Shown: piece by piece, positions 11,551 to 25,667 of the stretch
Layout of the letters: the number at the start of each line of letters is the position of its first letter
Position numbering within the stretch: position 1 is the stretch's first letter
Origin: Mobula hypostoma
Taxonomy: Eukaryota
Length of the DNA: 64,000 nucleotides
Assembly: GCF_963921235.1 (NCBI RefSeq)
Contig: NC_086097.1
Span: 78,556,001-78,620,000 of the forward strand
Direction: 5' to 3'
Notes under the pieces: model-generated
Told to the model about the DNA's origin: nothing
What the model saw: the letters and a program-made list of their open reading frames with translations, nothing else
Database searches by the model: none
Made by a program: the position numbers and the translations under genes

Positions 11551-12419
11551 GATTTAGTCAACTTTATGTTACTGGGCACCAGCAACTTCCTTAGTAACTA
11601 TCTACTACAACCAATATGGTTTGACCCATTATAATTAGGGAGAGACAGAAATTAAGAAAACAAGTTTGGCAAATTTAATATTTTTCTGATTATGCAACAA
11701 GCAGAGGAGGCATAAAAGGCACTGGATCAACCTAGATTTTATTGAATGAGGGAGACAGCTTCATGATCGTAAAGCCTACCGTAGTTGTTCTTTCTTGAGA
11801 GAGCTCATTCACAACTTTTCAAGACCATGCAGCAACAGATAAAATACCCTATCTTTCCAGTAACCCTACTTTTTATATAAATTTTCTATACTTTCCACTG
11901 AGAAGGAAGTCACTCAGCACACTGACTCAATGTTAACCCTCAAACCATGCCATGTTGTTGTAATCATTGAAATGGAACAAATTTTAATGACAATAAACAT
12001 TGAAAAATTTAACTGGTCATCCAGGCTCTTGGAGCAACTGTTAGTAACTCAATCAAATGAACAGACCTCAGCTTTTGAGAGAATGAACACTAAAGTAGAG
12101 CTGAGAACATAGCTTTTATGCTAAGTTCATCAAGTTCTCTTATTTTTATTTATTTAGAGATAGAGCACAGAACACGCCTTTCCTGCCCAACTAATCGCAC
12201 TGCCCAGCAATCCATCTGTTTAACTCTAGCCTAATCACAGGACAATATACAATGACCAATTAACTAGTATATCTTTGGACTGTGGGAGGAAACCAGATGA
12301 TCTGGATGAAACCCAAGCTTTGCAGAACTTTCTCAAAGATAATTATAAAGGTAATTACAAAAGATAATTTTAAAACATAATGTACAGTCAAATGCGAAGC
12401 ATTTTCATTTATTTTTCGG

Positions 12420-13300
12420 AAGTAGGCATCACTGGCAGGTCAACATTCAAACTCATGCCCAGCTGACCTTGAGAAGCTGGTGTTGGGCCTCTTCATGGGG
12501 AACCATTCCAGTTCTTTAAGTGAAAGTACCCCCACAATGATTTTGAAAAGGAGATTTCAGGACTTAAACCTAGTGACATGAAGCGCTAGACTTACAGGAT
12601 GGGGTGGTTTCCTGAGGGATATTTACAGATTTTAGGTGCCTATCTGTCTGATGCCCTTATCCATTTTGGTGGTAAATTTTGTGTATTGGAAGCTGCTGTC
12701 AGAGTAGCTTATGTGGGTAACTGTGATGAGTTTTGTGGATAACATGCAGAGCACCCAGAGAGCCTTACTGATGGATGGAATGAATGTTGAGAGCAGTTCA
12801 TGAGGAATCAAAGAAATTTCTTTTTCTGGATAGTGTTCAGTTTCTTGAGTGTCTGGATTTACACCTTTTTCAGACAAGAGACAAGTTTTCTATCATGCTC
12901 CTGACTTGTGCCTTTTGAATGGCAAAGATGAAATGAATCAGTTCCTGCCGAACACGGAACCTCTGAATTGCTACTAAAGTTGCAGTCTTTATTCAAATGC
13001 TTCAACTGAGTTTCAGGTCAATGGTAACTCCAAGGGGGGAATTTAACAATGGCTAACTAACTTGACATTCTCTTGATGGAGATACTCATTGCTTAGATTT
13101 TGTAACATGAATGTGGCTTGCCACTTTTCAGCCAATGCTTGAATGTTGCCTAGATCCTGCTTCATACAGGCAATGACTTGTTCATTTGTTAAGGAATTGT
13201 GTAAGAAGTTGAACATTGAGCAATCGCCACCTAAAATCTGACGTGATGGAAGATAGGTTATGGATGAGGAGAATGAAGATGCAATCATCATTGCACCTAT
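12420..13300 (-). mobile_element. Ancient CR1/L2-like LINE remnant
   Basis: ORF 13043-13291 contains QDLGNIQALAEKWQATF, the typical segment after motif C. Confidence 0.5.
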
Positions 13301-13671
13301 TAAACAAAATTTTCAATCTGGTCTATTAAATATTTCTGGGGAAATAAGAGTTAATGATGTCAGCCAAATATATGGTGTGAAGGATAGCATGATAAAGATG
13401 TTTTCTGAAGTTTGTGTTAATAGCTAATAATCCATGAAGTTCGCTATGGAAGATGGAAATTACAAAACCTCAACAAAATGCTCTGATGCTTTCAATTTCA
13501 TAGTTCTTAGCTAAATGTTGTTGTTACGCATTACTTGTGTGAAGGAAAACTAAAAAAAATACAAAGTAGAAATGCAACCTCAGTGGAAAATGTGTATTGC
13601 AATTGTGATGAGAATAAAAGCATTTAAAAAAAAAGGGAACATGAGTAGGTCATCTAACCCTCCAGCATTCC

Positions 13672-14135
13672 AAAGTTCAAAGTATATTTATTATCAAAGT
13701 ATGTATACATTATACAACCTTGAGATTCGTCTCCTTACAGGCAGCCACAAACAAAGAAACCTCAAAAGAATATTTAAGAAAAAGAAGACCGTCAAGCACC
13801 CAATGTGCAGAGAGAAAAAAAAACAAATTGTGTAAACAATAAAAGTAAGAAAACAGCTTAAGAACTAAAGTTTTATGAAAGGCATGAGGCAGACATCATT
13901 GCAGCTGGAGCAGACCACTGCCTCAGTTCATTGCAAAGCTGAGTAAATGCTGCAAGACCACAGACATGAAGCTGAGCATCACTGCGGCCAGAACAGGACG
14001 CAGCCTCAGTTCAGTGCAGAGCTGAGTAAACATTGCAGAGCAGCGAGCAGAACCAGACAAAATGTCTCACCTCACCTCCAGTCCTGACACCATGACCTCT
14101 TCAAAACTGGCCCGGCACTTAAATTGTCCATTGGT
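13672..14135 (-). mobile_element. Non-coding LINE-tailed repeat (partial; same family as 17920-18717)
   Basis: Shares aagttcaaagta...attatacaaccttgagatt..tctccttacag.cagccacaaa and the gcctcagttcagtgcagag repeats with 17920-18300. Confidence 0.6.
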
Positions 14136-14149
14136 TGTTTCTTGGAGAT

Positions 14150-15878
14150 GTACACAGAGTCTATAGAAGTGAGGCAAAGTGTGCAGGTTATAGAGGAGGA
14201 GGTGTTTTCCATCCTGAGGCAGATCAGGTTGGATAAATCCCCAGAGCTTGACAAGGTGTTCCCTCAGATCTTACAGGAGGTACTGAAACAGCAGATATTG
14301 TCGGGGCTCTAGCAGAGATATTTAAAACATCCTTAGTGAAAGGAGAGGTACCAGAGGACTGGAAGATAGCCAATGTTGTGCTGCTGTTTAAAAAAGGTTC
14401 TAAACAGAAACCAGGAAATTATAGGCAGTGAGTCTGACATCAGTTGTGGGAAAGTCATTGGAAAATATTCTAAGAGGCTGGATATATAAGTATTTGAGGG
14501 AGTTAGATATGGCCCTTGTGGCTACGGGGGTCAGGGGGTATGGAGGGAAGGCTGGGGCGGGGTTCTGAGTTGGATGATCAGCCATGATCATAATAAATGG
14601 CGGTGCAGGCTCGAAGGGCTGAATGGCCTACTCCTGCACCTATTTTCTATGTTTCTATGTTTCTATTTGGATAGGCATAAATTGATTAAGGATAGTCAGC
14701 ATGGCTTTGTGCATGGTAGGTCATGTCTAACCAATCTTATAGATTTTTTCGAGGAAGTTACCAGGAAAATGGATGAAGTCAAGACAGTGAATGTTGCCTA
14801 CAGGGACTTTAGTAAGACGTTTGACAATCTCCCGTAGGGAGGCTGGTCAATAATGTTCGGTAGCTTAGCATTCAGGATGAGGTAGTAAATTGGATTAGAC
14901 ATTAGCTTTGTTGGAGAAGTCAGAGAATGATAGTAAAGGGTTGCCTCTCTGACTGGAGGCCTGTGACTAGTTTGTGCCACCGGTATCAGTGCTGGGTCCT
15001 TTGTTGTTTGTCATCTATATCAATAATCTGGATGATAACATGGTTAACTGGATCAGTAAATTTGTGGTTGATACCAAGATTGGGGATGTAGTGGACTGTG
15101 AGAAAGGCTAGCATGGTTTGCAGAGGGATCTGCATCAGTTGGAAAAATGGGCTAAAAAATGTCAGGTGGAATTTAATGCAGACAAGCGCAAGGCTTTCCA
15201 TTTCGGAAGGACCTACCAGGGTAGGACTTACATAGTCAACAATAGGACATTGAAGAGTGTGGTAGCACATAGGGATTTAGGAATACAGATCCCTCATTCA
15301 TTGAAAGTGGCGTCACAGGTAGATAGGGTCACAAAGAAACATTCTGGCACATATATGTATTGAGTACAGAAGATGGGATGTTATGTTGAAGTTGATGAGG
15401 CCTAATTTGGAGTATTGTGTTAAATTTTGGTCACCTACCTACAGGAAAGATGTAAACAAGGTTGAAAGAGTACACAGAAAATTTACAAGGATGTTGCTGG
15501 GTCTGGAGGACCTAAGCTATAAGGAAAGATTGAATAGGTTAGGTCTGTATTCTTTAGAACATAGAAGACTGAGGGGAGATTTGATAGAGGTATTCAAACT
15601 TATGAGGGGTATAGATAGGATAAATGTAAGCAGGCTTTTTCCACTGAGGTTGGGTGGCACTACAACCAGAGGTCATGGGTTAAGAGTGGAATGAGCTGCT
15701 AGCACAAGTGGTGCATGCAAACTCCATTTCAATGTTTAAGAGAAGTTTGGATAGGTACATGAATAGTGGGGATATGGAGGGCTATGGGAGTTGTTGGGAG
15801 TAGGCAGTTTAAATAGTTTTGGCATGGACCAGATGGGCCGAAGGGCTGTTTCTGTGCTGTACTTCTCTATGACTCTAT
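14150..15878 (+). mobile_element. Decayed CR1 LINE ORF2 and 3' UTR, with a nested ~170-bp CR1-type 3' end at ~14495-14665
   Basis: DSQHGFVHGRSCLTNL, DFSKTFD, RPNLEYCVKFWSP, RRLRGDLIEVFK; tail ctctatgactctatg. Confidence 0.85.
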
Positions 15879-17919
15879 GGTACCTGAAATTTATATTCAC
15901 ACCTATCATTGCCATGTTGAATCAGCATCAAACATGTTATTGAGGATATTTTTACATTTTCCCTAGATGAAATCTTGGAAAATGCTAGCACCAGCTGACT
16001 CTTACTGGGCTAATCATACTTGTGCCTTTTTAGAGGAAATGCTCAGTTTTGCCAGCCACTGCTGTTAGACTTTCCAGAGGTCTGGACAAAACAGTCTGTC
16101 ACAAGATTGAGCACTGAACTGTTATAAAGCCATTTTTCATATGCTGTTGAAGATGGGAGAATGGAGAAGTCCTTGGCACACAAGAATTTAGAAAACCATT
16201 GAGATCTATTATGTAAAGTGACCTAGAAGATCATCACCAGAAGCAAAATGCTTAAGAATGGATGCAGTGCCATAAAAGCTCTACTTGAACAAACGTAACT
16301 GCTTTACCACACTTCCATGTTGCTCTATGCTAAGCATCACCCATCAAACATCACCTTCAGTCAATTAAGATTAATACTTAACATGTTTTTTAGTATCACA
16401 CCTTCACATACTTGTCACAATTCCAGCATGCATACGACCTCTCAAACACACCCTCAAATCATGAAACAGGCTCAGCACTCAGACGCATTATCCTGCACTT
16501 ACTAACACTTGACTTTACAGGAAGGAGCACATAATTCCTGTTAGGAGCAATACACTAATGACAGACAATTTAACACCAATAATTAATGATAGATCTATTT
16601 TGCTGACCATTACTGTCCATTCATGCCTGCAGTCAGCAACAACACTGAGCTCACTAAAGATGGTGTATTCATGTCATGTCAATTTGTCTATTGACAATAA
16701 AATCATGCTCAAATCATATTTTACTTTCCATAACCTACTGGAACTTCATCCCATAAATCTTCTATGATTTACAAGATATAAATTGAGGAAGAAAGCACCC
16801 ATTATTTTCACTCAACACTCACAATCAGTTAACACCATCTTTCTTTCGCCAGATTGCCTCGAAGTGCTGATGTACTTAGATGATTACTGCTTTGATTAAC
16901 TAGATTCTGAAGGTTGTGAAGGGATATTTCATAGCATTCCTGACTTGTGTTTTATAGCTGGTCGTAAAGGGATATTGAAGTAACTTTGGCAGGTTATCAT
17001 CACCCATTTTGTAAACTCTTATGCACTGTTTCTGAATGCAGTGCATTGAATCTTCAAACGTGTACAAATTCTAGTCAAGCTAATTTCTTTGCTCTTGATA
17101 GACATGCCTTTTCAGAGTGGTTGGAGCTCACTTACTGCAGGCAGATACAGGATATTTCATAACATTCCTGACTTGTGTTTTATAGTTGGTGGAAATGTTC
17201 TGTGGTCAGGATCCGCGTCCATATCTGTAGAATTTACTGTTGCCACTTCAGACATAACACAATATTGTCCAGGCCTTTGCACAGTGATACAGACTGCCTC
17301 AGTTTGATCCATGATTATGTGAAATGCAATCCTCATCTGAAACTATCAATCGCACCTTGACCACATGCACTGAGAAAGCTTCTTGTCCTTGTCTCCTACT
17401 ACTGAGGCTGTGGTATGAGCTGCACCTACACTTTGACCAGAGTATGCAGCTGGAAGCAAGCACCAAAACAGAAGGCTCAGACTATACTGTACAGCTTCTA
17501 AACCAGAAGACAAATTATACAACGGAACATTTAATAAAGAATCCCTATGATGAATAACTGAGCTGTGCTTGCTGGCTGAGTCACCAATTGGTTTGAGTAC
17601 GATATTCAGGGAAGTGCCCCTAGGTCAAGTAAGTTCTCTGTCTGGGTGCTTGGAACTTGTCATCATTTTCAGAGTTACTAGGCAATTTTACAGTGAGTTT
17701 GGTTCAGAGAGCTTTTGGACTTTAGTCCAATACCTTCAATTGCCATAAGGGCTACTACCTGATGTCATATTCTAGCACATCGTGCAAAATTACTTCCAGA
17801 AAAATCCCACACTCTTGAAAAGTCAGTATGTCCCTGACCAAAGACAAACTTAATTCAGCAATTTCACTTGAATCAAAACCAGAGTTTATTGACACAAGCT
17901 ACTCATGAACAAAACAGAA

Positions 17920-18717
17920 GTTCAAAGTACATTATACAACCTTGAGATTTGTCTCCTTACAGCCAGCCACAAAAGAAACCCAAAAAACCCTACAAATACC
18001 CTATGTGCATTTAGAATGAATGTGAGTCCTCAGACACAAAGCTCAGAGCAGCCAGAGCAGGCCATGGCACAGCCTCAGCCTTAGTCCAGTGCATAGCAGA
18101 GTAAATGTCAAGGAGCCCATAGACACAGAGTCTGCAGAGTAAATGTCAAGGAGCCCACAGACACAGAGCCCGCAGCAGCTGGAGCAGGCCACAGCCTCAG
18201 TGCAGTGCAGTGAAGAGTAGATTAAATGTCACAGAGCAGTGAATAGAAATGGCCTGACCGTCCCCTCTGGTCCCAACACCCTGCTTTTAATCCATCTAGC
18301 TCAGCATTTAAGTAGTCCAAACTTCAGGTCATTCCATGCTCTAGGACCCAGGCCCCACTGCCACATCTTGGCCCATACCCACCTTTCCAAATTGGCCCAG
18401 CGTTTAGATCAATCAAACCTCCCTGTCAGTTTAGGTGGATGGGTCTCGAATCTGCCTTTCCTCCGCTCCGACTTCGCTCCACCTCACTCGCCTCGACTTT
18501 GTCTCGAATGTTTGGTCCTCGCCTCATCTTCGCCTCATACCCACATGCTTTAACTCTCAACTCAGCCTCACCTTCACTCACCTCTCCATTGAATGCTGTG
18601 ATCGTTTACCATCCTTTTTTTTAAACAGAAAAAGTGTTATTAATAATGTATTTTGCTGTATTCCTTGTTTTGTCTAATAACCAGTAAGTAGTCACTCACC
18701 TTCAACAGTACCATCTT
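17920..18717 (-). mobile_element. Putative non-autonomous LINE-derived element (~800 bp, non-coding)
   Basis: Minus strand starts AAGATGG and ends in a TTTGAAC-type tail; AAACAGAA direct repeats at 17912-17919 and 18718-18725; internal tandem repeats. Confidence 0.55.
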
Positions 18718-19094
18718 AAACAGAATGGTGTTCCACTATAAAATCTCTGTCTGGTTTGACGTTAGGGAACACTCCTGCCCTAGCAGAATGAGCTGCTCTC
18801 ACCAGAGTGATAAGATGCATGGAGTGGAGCTACTGTCAGTAAATACAGATTCTCTTTGCATCTAATTGATCAGTATTATTGCAGGAAAATACTTGTAACA
18901 CTTTCTTGTTAATTGTAGATAATTTTTTTTAAAAATCTTCAAATGCTTAAAAAAACAAAATTGTATTTTTTCCAATACAATTTGTTTAAGATTACAATAA
19001 AACTTTTACCATAGTAACTCCTCAGCTTTCATTTATTTTTAATTGATAAAAAATGGTGTCCTAGCCTGTCCTGCCAACTCAGTAAATAATTCTC

Positions 19095-19545
19095 CATATG
19101 ACCATGAGACCATAAGATTTAGGAGCAGAATTAGACCACTTGACCCATTGAGTCTGCTCCGCCATTTCATCATGGCTGATCCAGTTTTCCTCCCAGCACC
19201 AATCTCTGCTTTCTCCCGGTATCCCTTCATGCCCTGACCAATCAAGAATCTAACAACCTCTGCCTTAAGTATACATAAAGACTTGACTTCCATAGGTGCC
19301 TGTGGTAAAGAATTCCACAGATTCACCACTCTCTGGCTAAAGAAATTCCTCCTCATCTCTGTTCTAAAAGGATGCCCCTCTATTTTAAGACTGTGTCCTC
19401 TGGTCTTAGACTCTCACACCATTCGGAAACACACTCTCCACATCCACTCATTCTTCTGAATTCTAGTGAATACAAACCCCGAGCCATCAGACTCTTCATA
19501 TGACAAGCTATTCAATCCTGGGATCACTTTCATGAGCTTCATTTG
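19095..19545 (-). mobile_element. CR1 LINE 3' end
   Basis: MRRNFFSQRVVNLWNSLP plus 3' UTR. Confidence 0.8.
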
Positions 19546-20639
19546 AATTATCAATTTTGTGGTCAACATTAGATGTCATAGATTATAAATGAAGTTGTTA
19601 TGACTGTGTTTAAACACACATTCATTAGTTGCTAATAAGACTGAGGGAAGACTTTAGCTTCTATCATACTGAATGCCTGTCCTGCAGAATTGCCACAATT
19701 AATGTAAACCATAAGATTGTAAAACAATTAACTGGTCACGAATGCTAATATGTTTTGCTATTGTAAAATGTGTAGTTATGTAGAAATGTTCAAAACAAAT
19801 CACATGGTAAATCACTCTGATGCACTTCACTAATTCTAAACATTACAGAAGTGGAGAAGTTAATTGTTCTTGCAAGAGCTGGTGAAAATGAATACTAAAA
19901 TGTCATTACAAGTAGAGTTATAGTCATAATATACAAAAACAATATAATATTCACTAATTGGATATCTACCCTGAAAACCAGTCTATTGCCAAATTCTGGA
20001 GAACTTCAATGCACTGCACAGTGTGTACACCACTTCTCACACCCAATTTGCATTCCTATACCGTACACAGATTTTATTCCCATTCACCTTAGGCACTACA
20101 CCAACTGAATAAAGATGACTCTGAAACAAAGCTGGATATAGTTTCAACAAAACACTGGCACTGACGCTGGATGTAAAGGCAACATCCAAATGAACCTCTC
20201 CTTTCAAATTTTCACATCCTTCGTACGGCATAGAGACTGGAAATGCGCACAATATTCCAAATATGGCCTTACTATATTTTTATATAGAACCTCAAAATGA
20301 CTTTGCTCACTTTTATACTCAGTGCCCCTATGAATGAAGGCAATCATGCCAAACATTTTCTTTACCACCAAGTCAACTTAAATTGTTATTTTCAAGGAGC
20401 TGGGCTTTCCTATGAATCATATCTAAAATATTTCAAGGATAAATGCATTCATGATCAAACTTGTCCTTCCTTTATTCATCTTACCTGACCTGTCTGGTTT
20501 TTCCAATTGTTACTTCCTCAAAACACATCCAGTTACTTATTTGCTGCCTAAATCTGTTACTTTCACCAATAAGGACATTACCTTATGGTATGAGAAGTCA
20601 ATTTCTCACCACAGCTTCAGTATTTTCTGAAGCAATGCT

Positions 20640-21285
20640 AAAGTTCAAAGTTCAAAGTAAATTTATTATCGAAGTACATATACGTCACCATATCCAAACC
20701 TGCAATTCATTTTCTTGCAGACATGCTCAATAAATCCATAATAGAATAATAACCTTAACAGAATAAATGAAAGACATTACTGACTTGGGCATTCAACTGG
20801 TGTGCAAAAGACAACAAACTGTACAAACACAAAAGGAAAGAAAGAATAACAATAAATAAACAATAAATATTGAGAACATGAGATGAAGAGTCCTTGAAAG
20901 TGAGTAAATGGGTTGTGGGAACATTTCAGTAATGGGGCAAGTGAAATTGAGTGAAGTTATCCCATTGGGATCAAGAGCCTGATGGTTGAGGGGTAATAAC
21001 TGTTCCTGAACGTGTGGGTATGAGTCCTAAGACTCCTGTGCCTTCTTCCCAATGGCAACAGTGAGAAGAAAGCATGGCCTGGGTGGTAGGGATCCTTGAA
21101 GATGGATGATGCTTTCCTGCGACAATGTTTTGTGTAGATGTGCTCAATGGTGGGGAGGGCTTTAACCGTGATGGACTGGGCTATATCCACTACTTGTTGC
21201 AGGATTTTCTGTTCAAGGGCACAGGTATTTCTAACCAGGCTATGATGCAGCTAATCAATATACTCTCCACTATACATCTATGAAA
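20640..21285 (-). mobile_element. Rex1/Babar-like LINE 3' end
   Basis: DPYHPGHAFFSLLPLGRRHRSL...FRNSYYPSTIRLL; tail (TTTGAAC)n at ~20640. Confidence 0.75.
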
Positions 21286-21479
21286 TTTACGTCTGTGTGC
21301 AATAATTTAGAATTATATCATCATGATTAGCTCAAACAATTATCAAGTGGGTTTGAATAATATATTATTTTGTTCTTAATTTGAGCCCAAAGTCTCTATA
21401 AGTAGTAATGCAGATATTCCTGAAAGGGTTTCTGATTGTATCCTGCAAGTACATAAATATAAACTACTTTGGACCAAAG

Positions 21480-23097
21480 GAGGAAAGGAGGGAGGGGGGA
21501 CACAGGGGGAAGTAATAGGCAGGTGAGAAGAGGTAAAGATTTAGACTGGGGCATAGAGGAGGGGGAGTTTGTTTACTGGAAGGAGAAATCGATATTTGTG
21601 CAGTCAGGTTGGAGGCTACCCAGACAGACAAGGTGTTGATCCTCCACCCTCAGGGTGGCCTCATCTTGGCACAAGAGGAAGCCATGGGCCAACATGTCGG
21701 AATGAGAATGGGAATTGGAATTAAAATGTTTGGCCACTGTGAAGTTCCGCTTGTGGCGGATGGAATGGAGGTGCTCATTGAAGCAGTCCCCCAGTTAATG
21801 ACAGGTCTCACCAGTCTAGAGGAGGCCATGTTGGAAGCAGGGGACACATTGGATGACCCCAGCAGCTTCGGAGGTGAAGCGTTACCGTATCTGGAAGGAC
21901 TGTCTGGGGCCCTGATTGGAGGTGAGCAAGGAGGTATATGGGCAGGTCTGGCACTTAGGCTGCTTGCAAGGAAAAGTGCCAGGATGGAGATTAGGGGGAG
22001 GGATGGACGGACAAGGAAATCGTGCAGAGAGCAATCTCTGAGGAAAGCTTTAGGGGTGGGATGGGGAGGTAAAGCTATGTCTAGAGATAGGATCCCTTTG
22101 GAGATGGCGGAAGTTGCAGAGGATAATGTGTTGGATGCAGGGGCTGATGGGGTGGTACGTAAGGACAAGAGGAACCCTCAAATTGTTAAAGTGGCAGGAA
22201 GATGGGTGAGCACAGGTGTTCCAAAACTGGAGGAGGTGCAGGGAGGGCAACATCAATAGTAGAAGGAGGGAAACCCTGTTAGCATCAATAGTAGAGGGAG
22301 GAAAATATCGCTCTCTCCACGATTCCCTTGTCTAATCATCCCCCCCAGCATGATCCCTGCAAGTGGCCTAAGTGACACACCTGTCCCTACACCTGCTCCC
22401 TCACCTCCATTCAGGGCCCCAGGCAGGTGAGGTAACACTTCATCTACGAACCTACTGTGGTCGTCTATTGTGTCCGATGATTGGTGAGACCCGTTGTAAA
22501 TTGGGGGACCACTTCATCGAGTACCTCCACTCCATTAGCCACAAGTGGAACTTCTTGATGGCCAAAACATTTTAATTCCCATTCCTATTTCATTCCAGCA
22601 TGTTGGTCCGTGGCTTCCTTTTGTGCCAAGATAAGGCAACCCTCAGAGTGGAGGAGCAACACCTTATATTCTTTCTGGGTAGTCTCCAACCTGTTGGCAT
22701 GAATATTGATTTCTCCTAATGGAAAACAAATTTCAGCCCCCCCCCCCATTTCCCACTCTAACCCTTCACTTTCTCACCTTCCTATTACTTCCCCCTGGGT
22801 CCCCTCCTCTTTCCCTTTTTCCTATAGCCCGTTGTCCTCTCCTATCAGATTCCTTCTTCTCCAGGCCTTGACCTTTCCCACCCACCTGGCTTCACCTATC
22901 ACCTTCCAGCTCGCGTCCTTTTTCTTCCCCCACCTTTTTATTTTGGCATCTTCCCCCTTCCTTCTCAGTCCTGAAAAAGGGTCTTAGCCCAAAACATCAG
23001 CGGAATATTCATTTCCAGACCTGCCTGACCTGTTGAGTTTCTCCAGCATTTTGTGTGTTGCTTTGGGTTACCAGCACGTGCAGAATTTCTTGTGTTT
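21480..23097. mobile_element. Older Penelope-like element, again as an inverted pair (minus arm ~21480-22270, plus arm ~22305-23097)
   Basis: Minus arm reads RVPLVLTYHP. Plus arm reads IGETRCKLGDHFIEYL, then a decayed hammerhead (22967-23002) and the tail ccagcacgtgcagaatttcttgtg. Confidence 0.85.
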
Positions 23098-25667
23098 ATA
23101 CATTGCAGGTGAAACTGGATTCACTCGTGATCAACAGCAGACACCATTTATAACCAAATGGCATGATATTATTCTTGTGGAAGCTGAAATCCAATATCTT
23201 TGACTCCTCCATGCAACCAAGTCAGACACACAGAAGAGAGTGACCGCTCATTGCACTTGCTGTAGCAGTTCTCATTTAAAATCAGGTTAGTAACATCAAT
23301 GGCCACTCTGTTAGATTTAAATCTGTTGACCTAACATCTATAGCAAGGAAAATGCTAAAATCCATAATGAGGTATTAACAAAACACCTTGAAAATAATGG
23401 GATTCAACAGAGTCACATGGATTTATTAAGGAAAATATCATGTTTGATTACTTTGTTGGCAGGGATTGGAAATTAACTATGAAATGGATGGGAGTCTACC
23501 AGAATGGGTAAGTAATTAATAAAGGAACCTATGTTAATGCAGATTGGCATTTCAGACACTTGAACCTCATGTCATGTGGGGATGGATCCTTTAACAAGTA
23601 ATGGAGCAGACTTTGATCCTCCAGTTTAGATTCCAGTCAAAAATCAAGTAAATGACATCATCCGTGTGAGAGCCATACATATATTTTATATTCATGAAGA
23701 ACACATATTAGCAACCAGTCTGCCGATCAAATATATTGCTGCACTAAATAAGAGGATTTCTTGACTTCTGGGTCTTCATACAGGTCATAATTTGATTCTT
23801 TCACCCCTGCAATGTCCATCATTTCAGATCTTAATTCAAATAAGGTAGCCGAATTGTGTTCCATATAGTTGACGTTTCATAATAATACCCCTTCCCCCAC
23901 CCACAACCCCAACTCAGACATGGCCAGACTAACCTCTCAAAGCGCTGTAAACTGCTACAAAATAACAATTTCATGACATACAAGTCAGTGATGATAAACC
24001 CGATTCTAATTTATTGCACTAAACGCCATTTCTCTACTCCTCTCCCGCCAGACACAACCCTGTGCTGTCAGAGGACATTTCACTTTTTTTGAAAGATGTT
24101 TCTGATATTCAGAAACATCCTTAAACAATTATATGAATTTAAATATTTTAAATATAAATTAGAAATATAGAAATAATGAATGTACTAAAGATATGAAATA
24201 GAAATGAAGAGCACAAAATTACCAAAAAATTAACCTTTTTTTATGGGAGGTCATCAACCTCATTCAAAAGGTCAGTGTAGTAATTTGGTTGCATTCATAG
24301 CTGGCATGGAGCTGTAGGGCTAGATGTGGTGCATGCAGTACCTTAAGTCAGAACAACCCAGAACTACCATCGGACTTGGTAGTGAATCCAGCAGTAAAGC
24401 TGATGGTCAGATGTGTGGAGACAAAAACTGAAGATGTCATGAATAGTTTGTGAGAACGGATGCAAGGACTATCTCAATCCAGCCAGATACTCACTAAGAG
24501 AGAAGATGGTACATTACTTCCACATCACACTGTTTAACTATCTCAATATAACAGCAGGAGAGCTAATTGTGAAATAATGAGTTCCACACCAAACCATCAA
24601 CACTTCTGTATAAAAGTGTAATTCCACATAAATATACAAGCTCTAAACTTGTTGACCAAATTTCACTCTAACCTTCTTACACTCACAATCACATTCCAAT
24701 ATTGAATTCCATGTGAAATTCACTGGTAGAACATAAAAATTGGCTACAGTTTCTCTGTGCTCACACTGGTGAAACTATCTGCTAAAACTGTGCCAGCTCC
24801 AAAGTAGGCTATTTCAAAGGAGAGCAGAGGGCAAGTATCAGTTCACTTACATTTCTTTTTTTAAGTGCTTTGAGTTTAGTGAAATGTTTCTAACTGTTTT
24901 AAGTGTTTTAAGGGGCTTATTTTTCAAAATAATTCTTTAAAATTTTACCTTCTCTATATTTTGTTTAAATAGTATTTCCAAATGTCAGGAAATGCCCAAA
25001 TATTCAAGTCTTTGATAGATTTATCCATGCTTGGGCCATGGCTTAGCTGCTGCCTACATTTCTCACCTGCTATTTGGACAGGACTTACTCTGAAACCAGC
25101 CCACAGCACATGCTCCCCCCACCCCCTCACACCAAGAACACAAAATGGCACTGAGCTGCATCAGACTCCAGTACCCCATAAAGCCTCACCATTCAGAGTT
25201 GGAATAACATCTTCAGCCAATGATTTCTTTAAAATTCTGTCTGACACAAAAATGGTGATCAGGATAATCATAAAAGGCTTGTTTAGTATTGTTATATAGA
25301 GAATAAATAATAAATATTATTTTCATCTATTTGCAACTTGATTAACAAGGAAAGAGGAATGTCAATTTCATATTTTATTTAGATGTTTTTCTTCATTGTA
25401 TGTTCCTCTTGATTGAGCCACTTCTCTCTTGAGCCACTTCTCTCTTTAGTTCAGTACATCACCGAACATGTATTTCTTAATAAGCACCTTCTATTTCTGA
25501 GTAAGCATATGTGCAGTATCTTGTTAGCTCAAATCTAAACTCATGTTGGTGTAATAAAATGCTATTTTACTTTGTTTTCCACAAGAACAGATGTTCTTTC
25601 AGATATCTGCCAACATGAGCCCAGCTCTGCGCTGCAAGAAGTTTGAGTCTCAAACATTAAGGATCAT

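Noticed and set aside
21609..22259. 216-aa plus-strand ORF
   Set aside because: Antisense to the decayed PLE arm.
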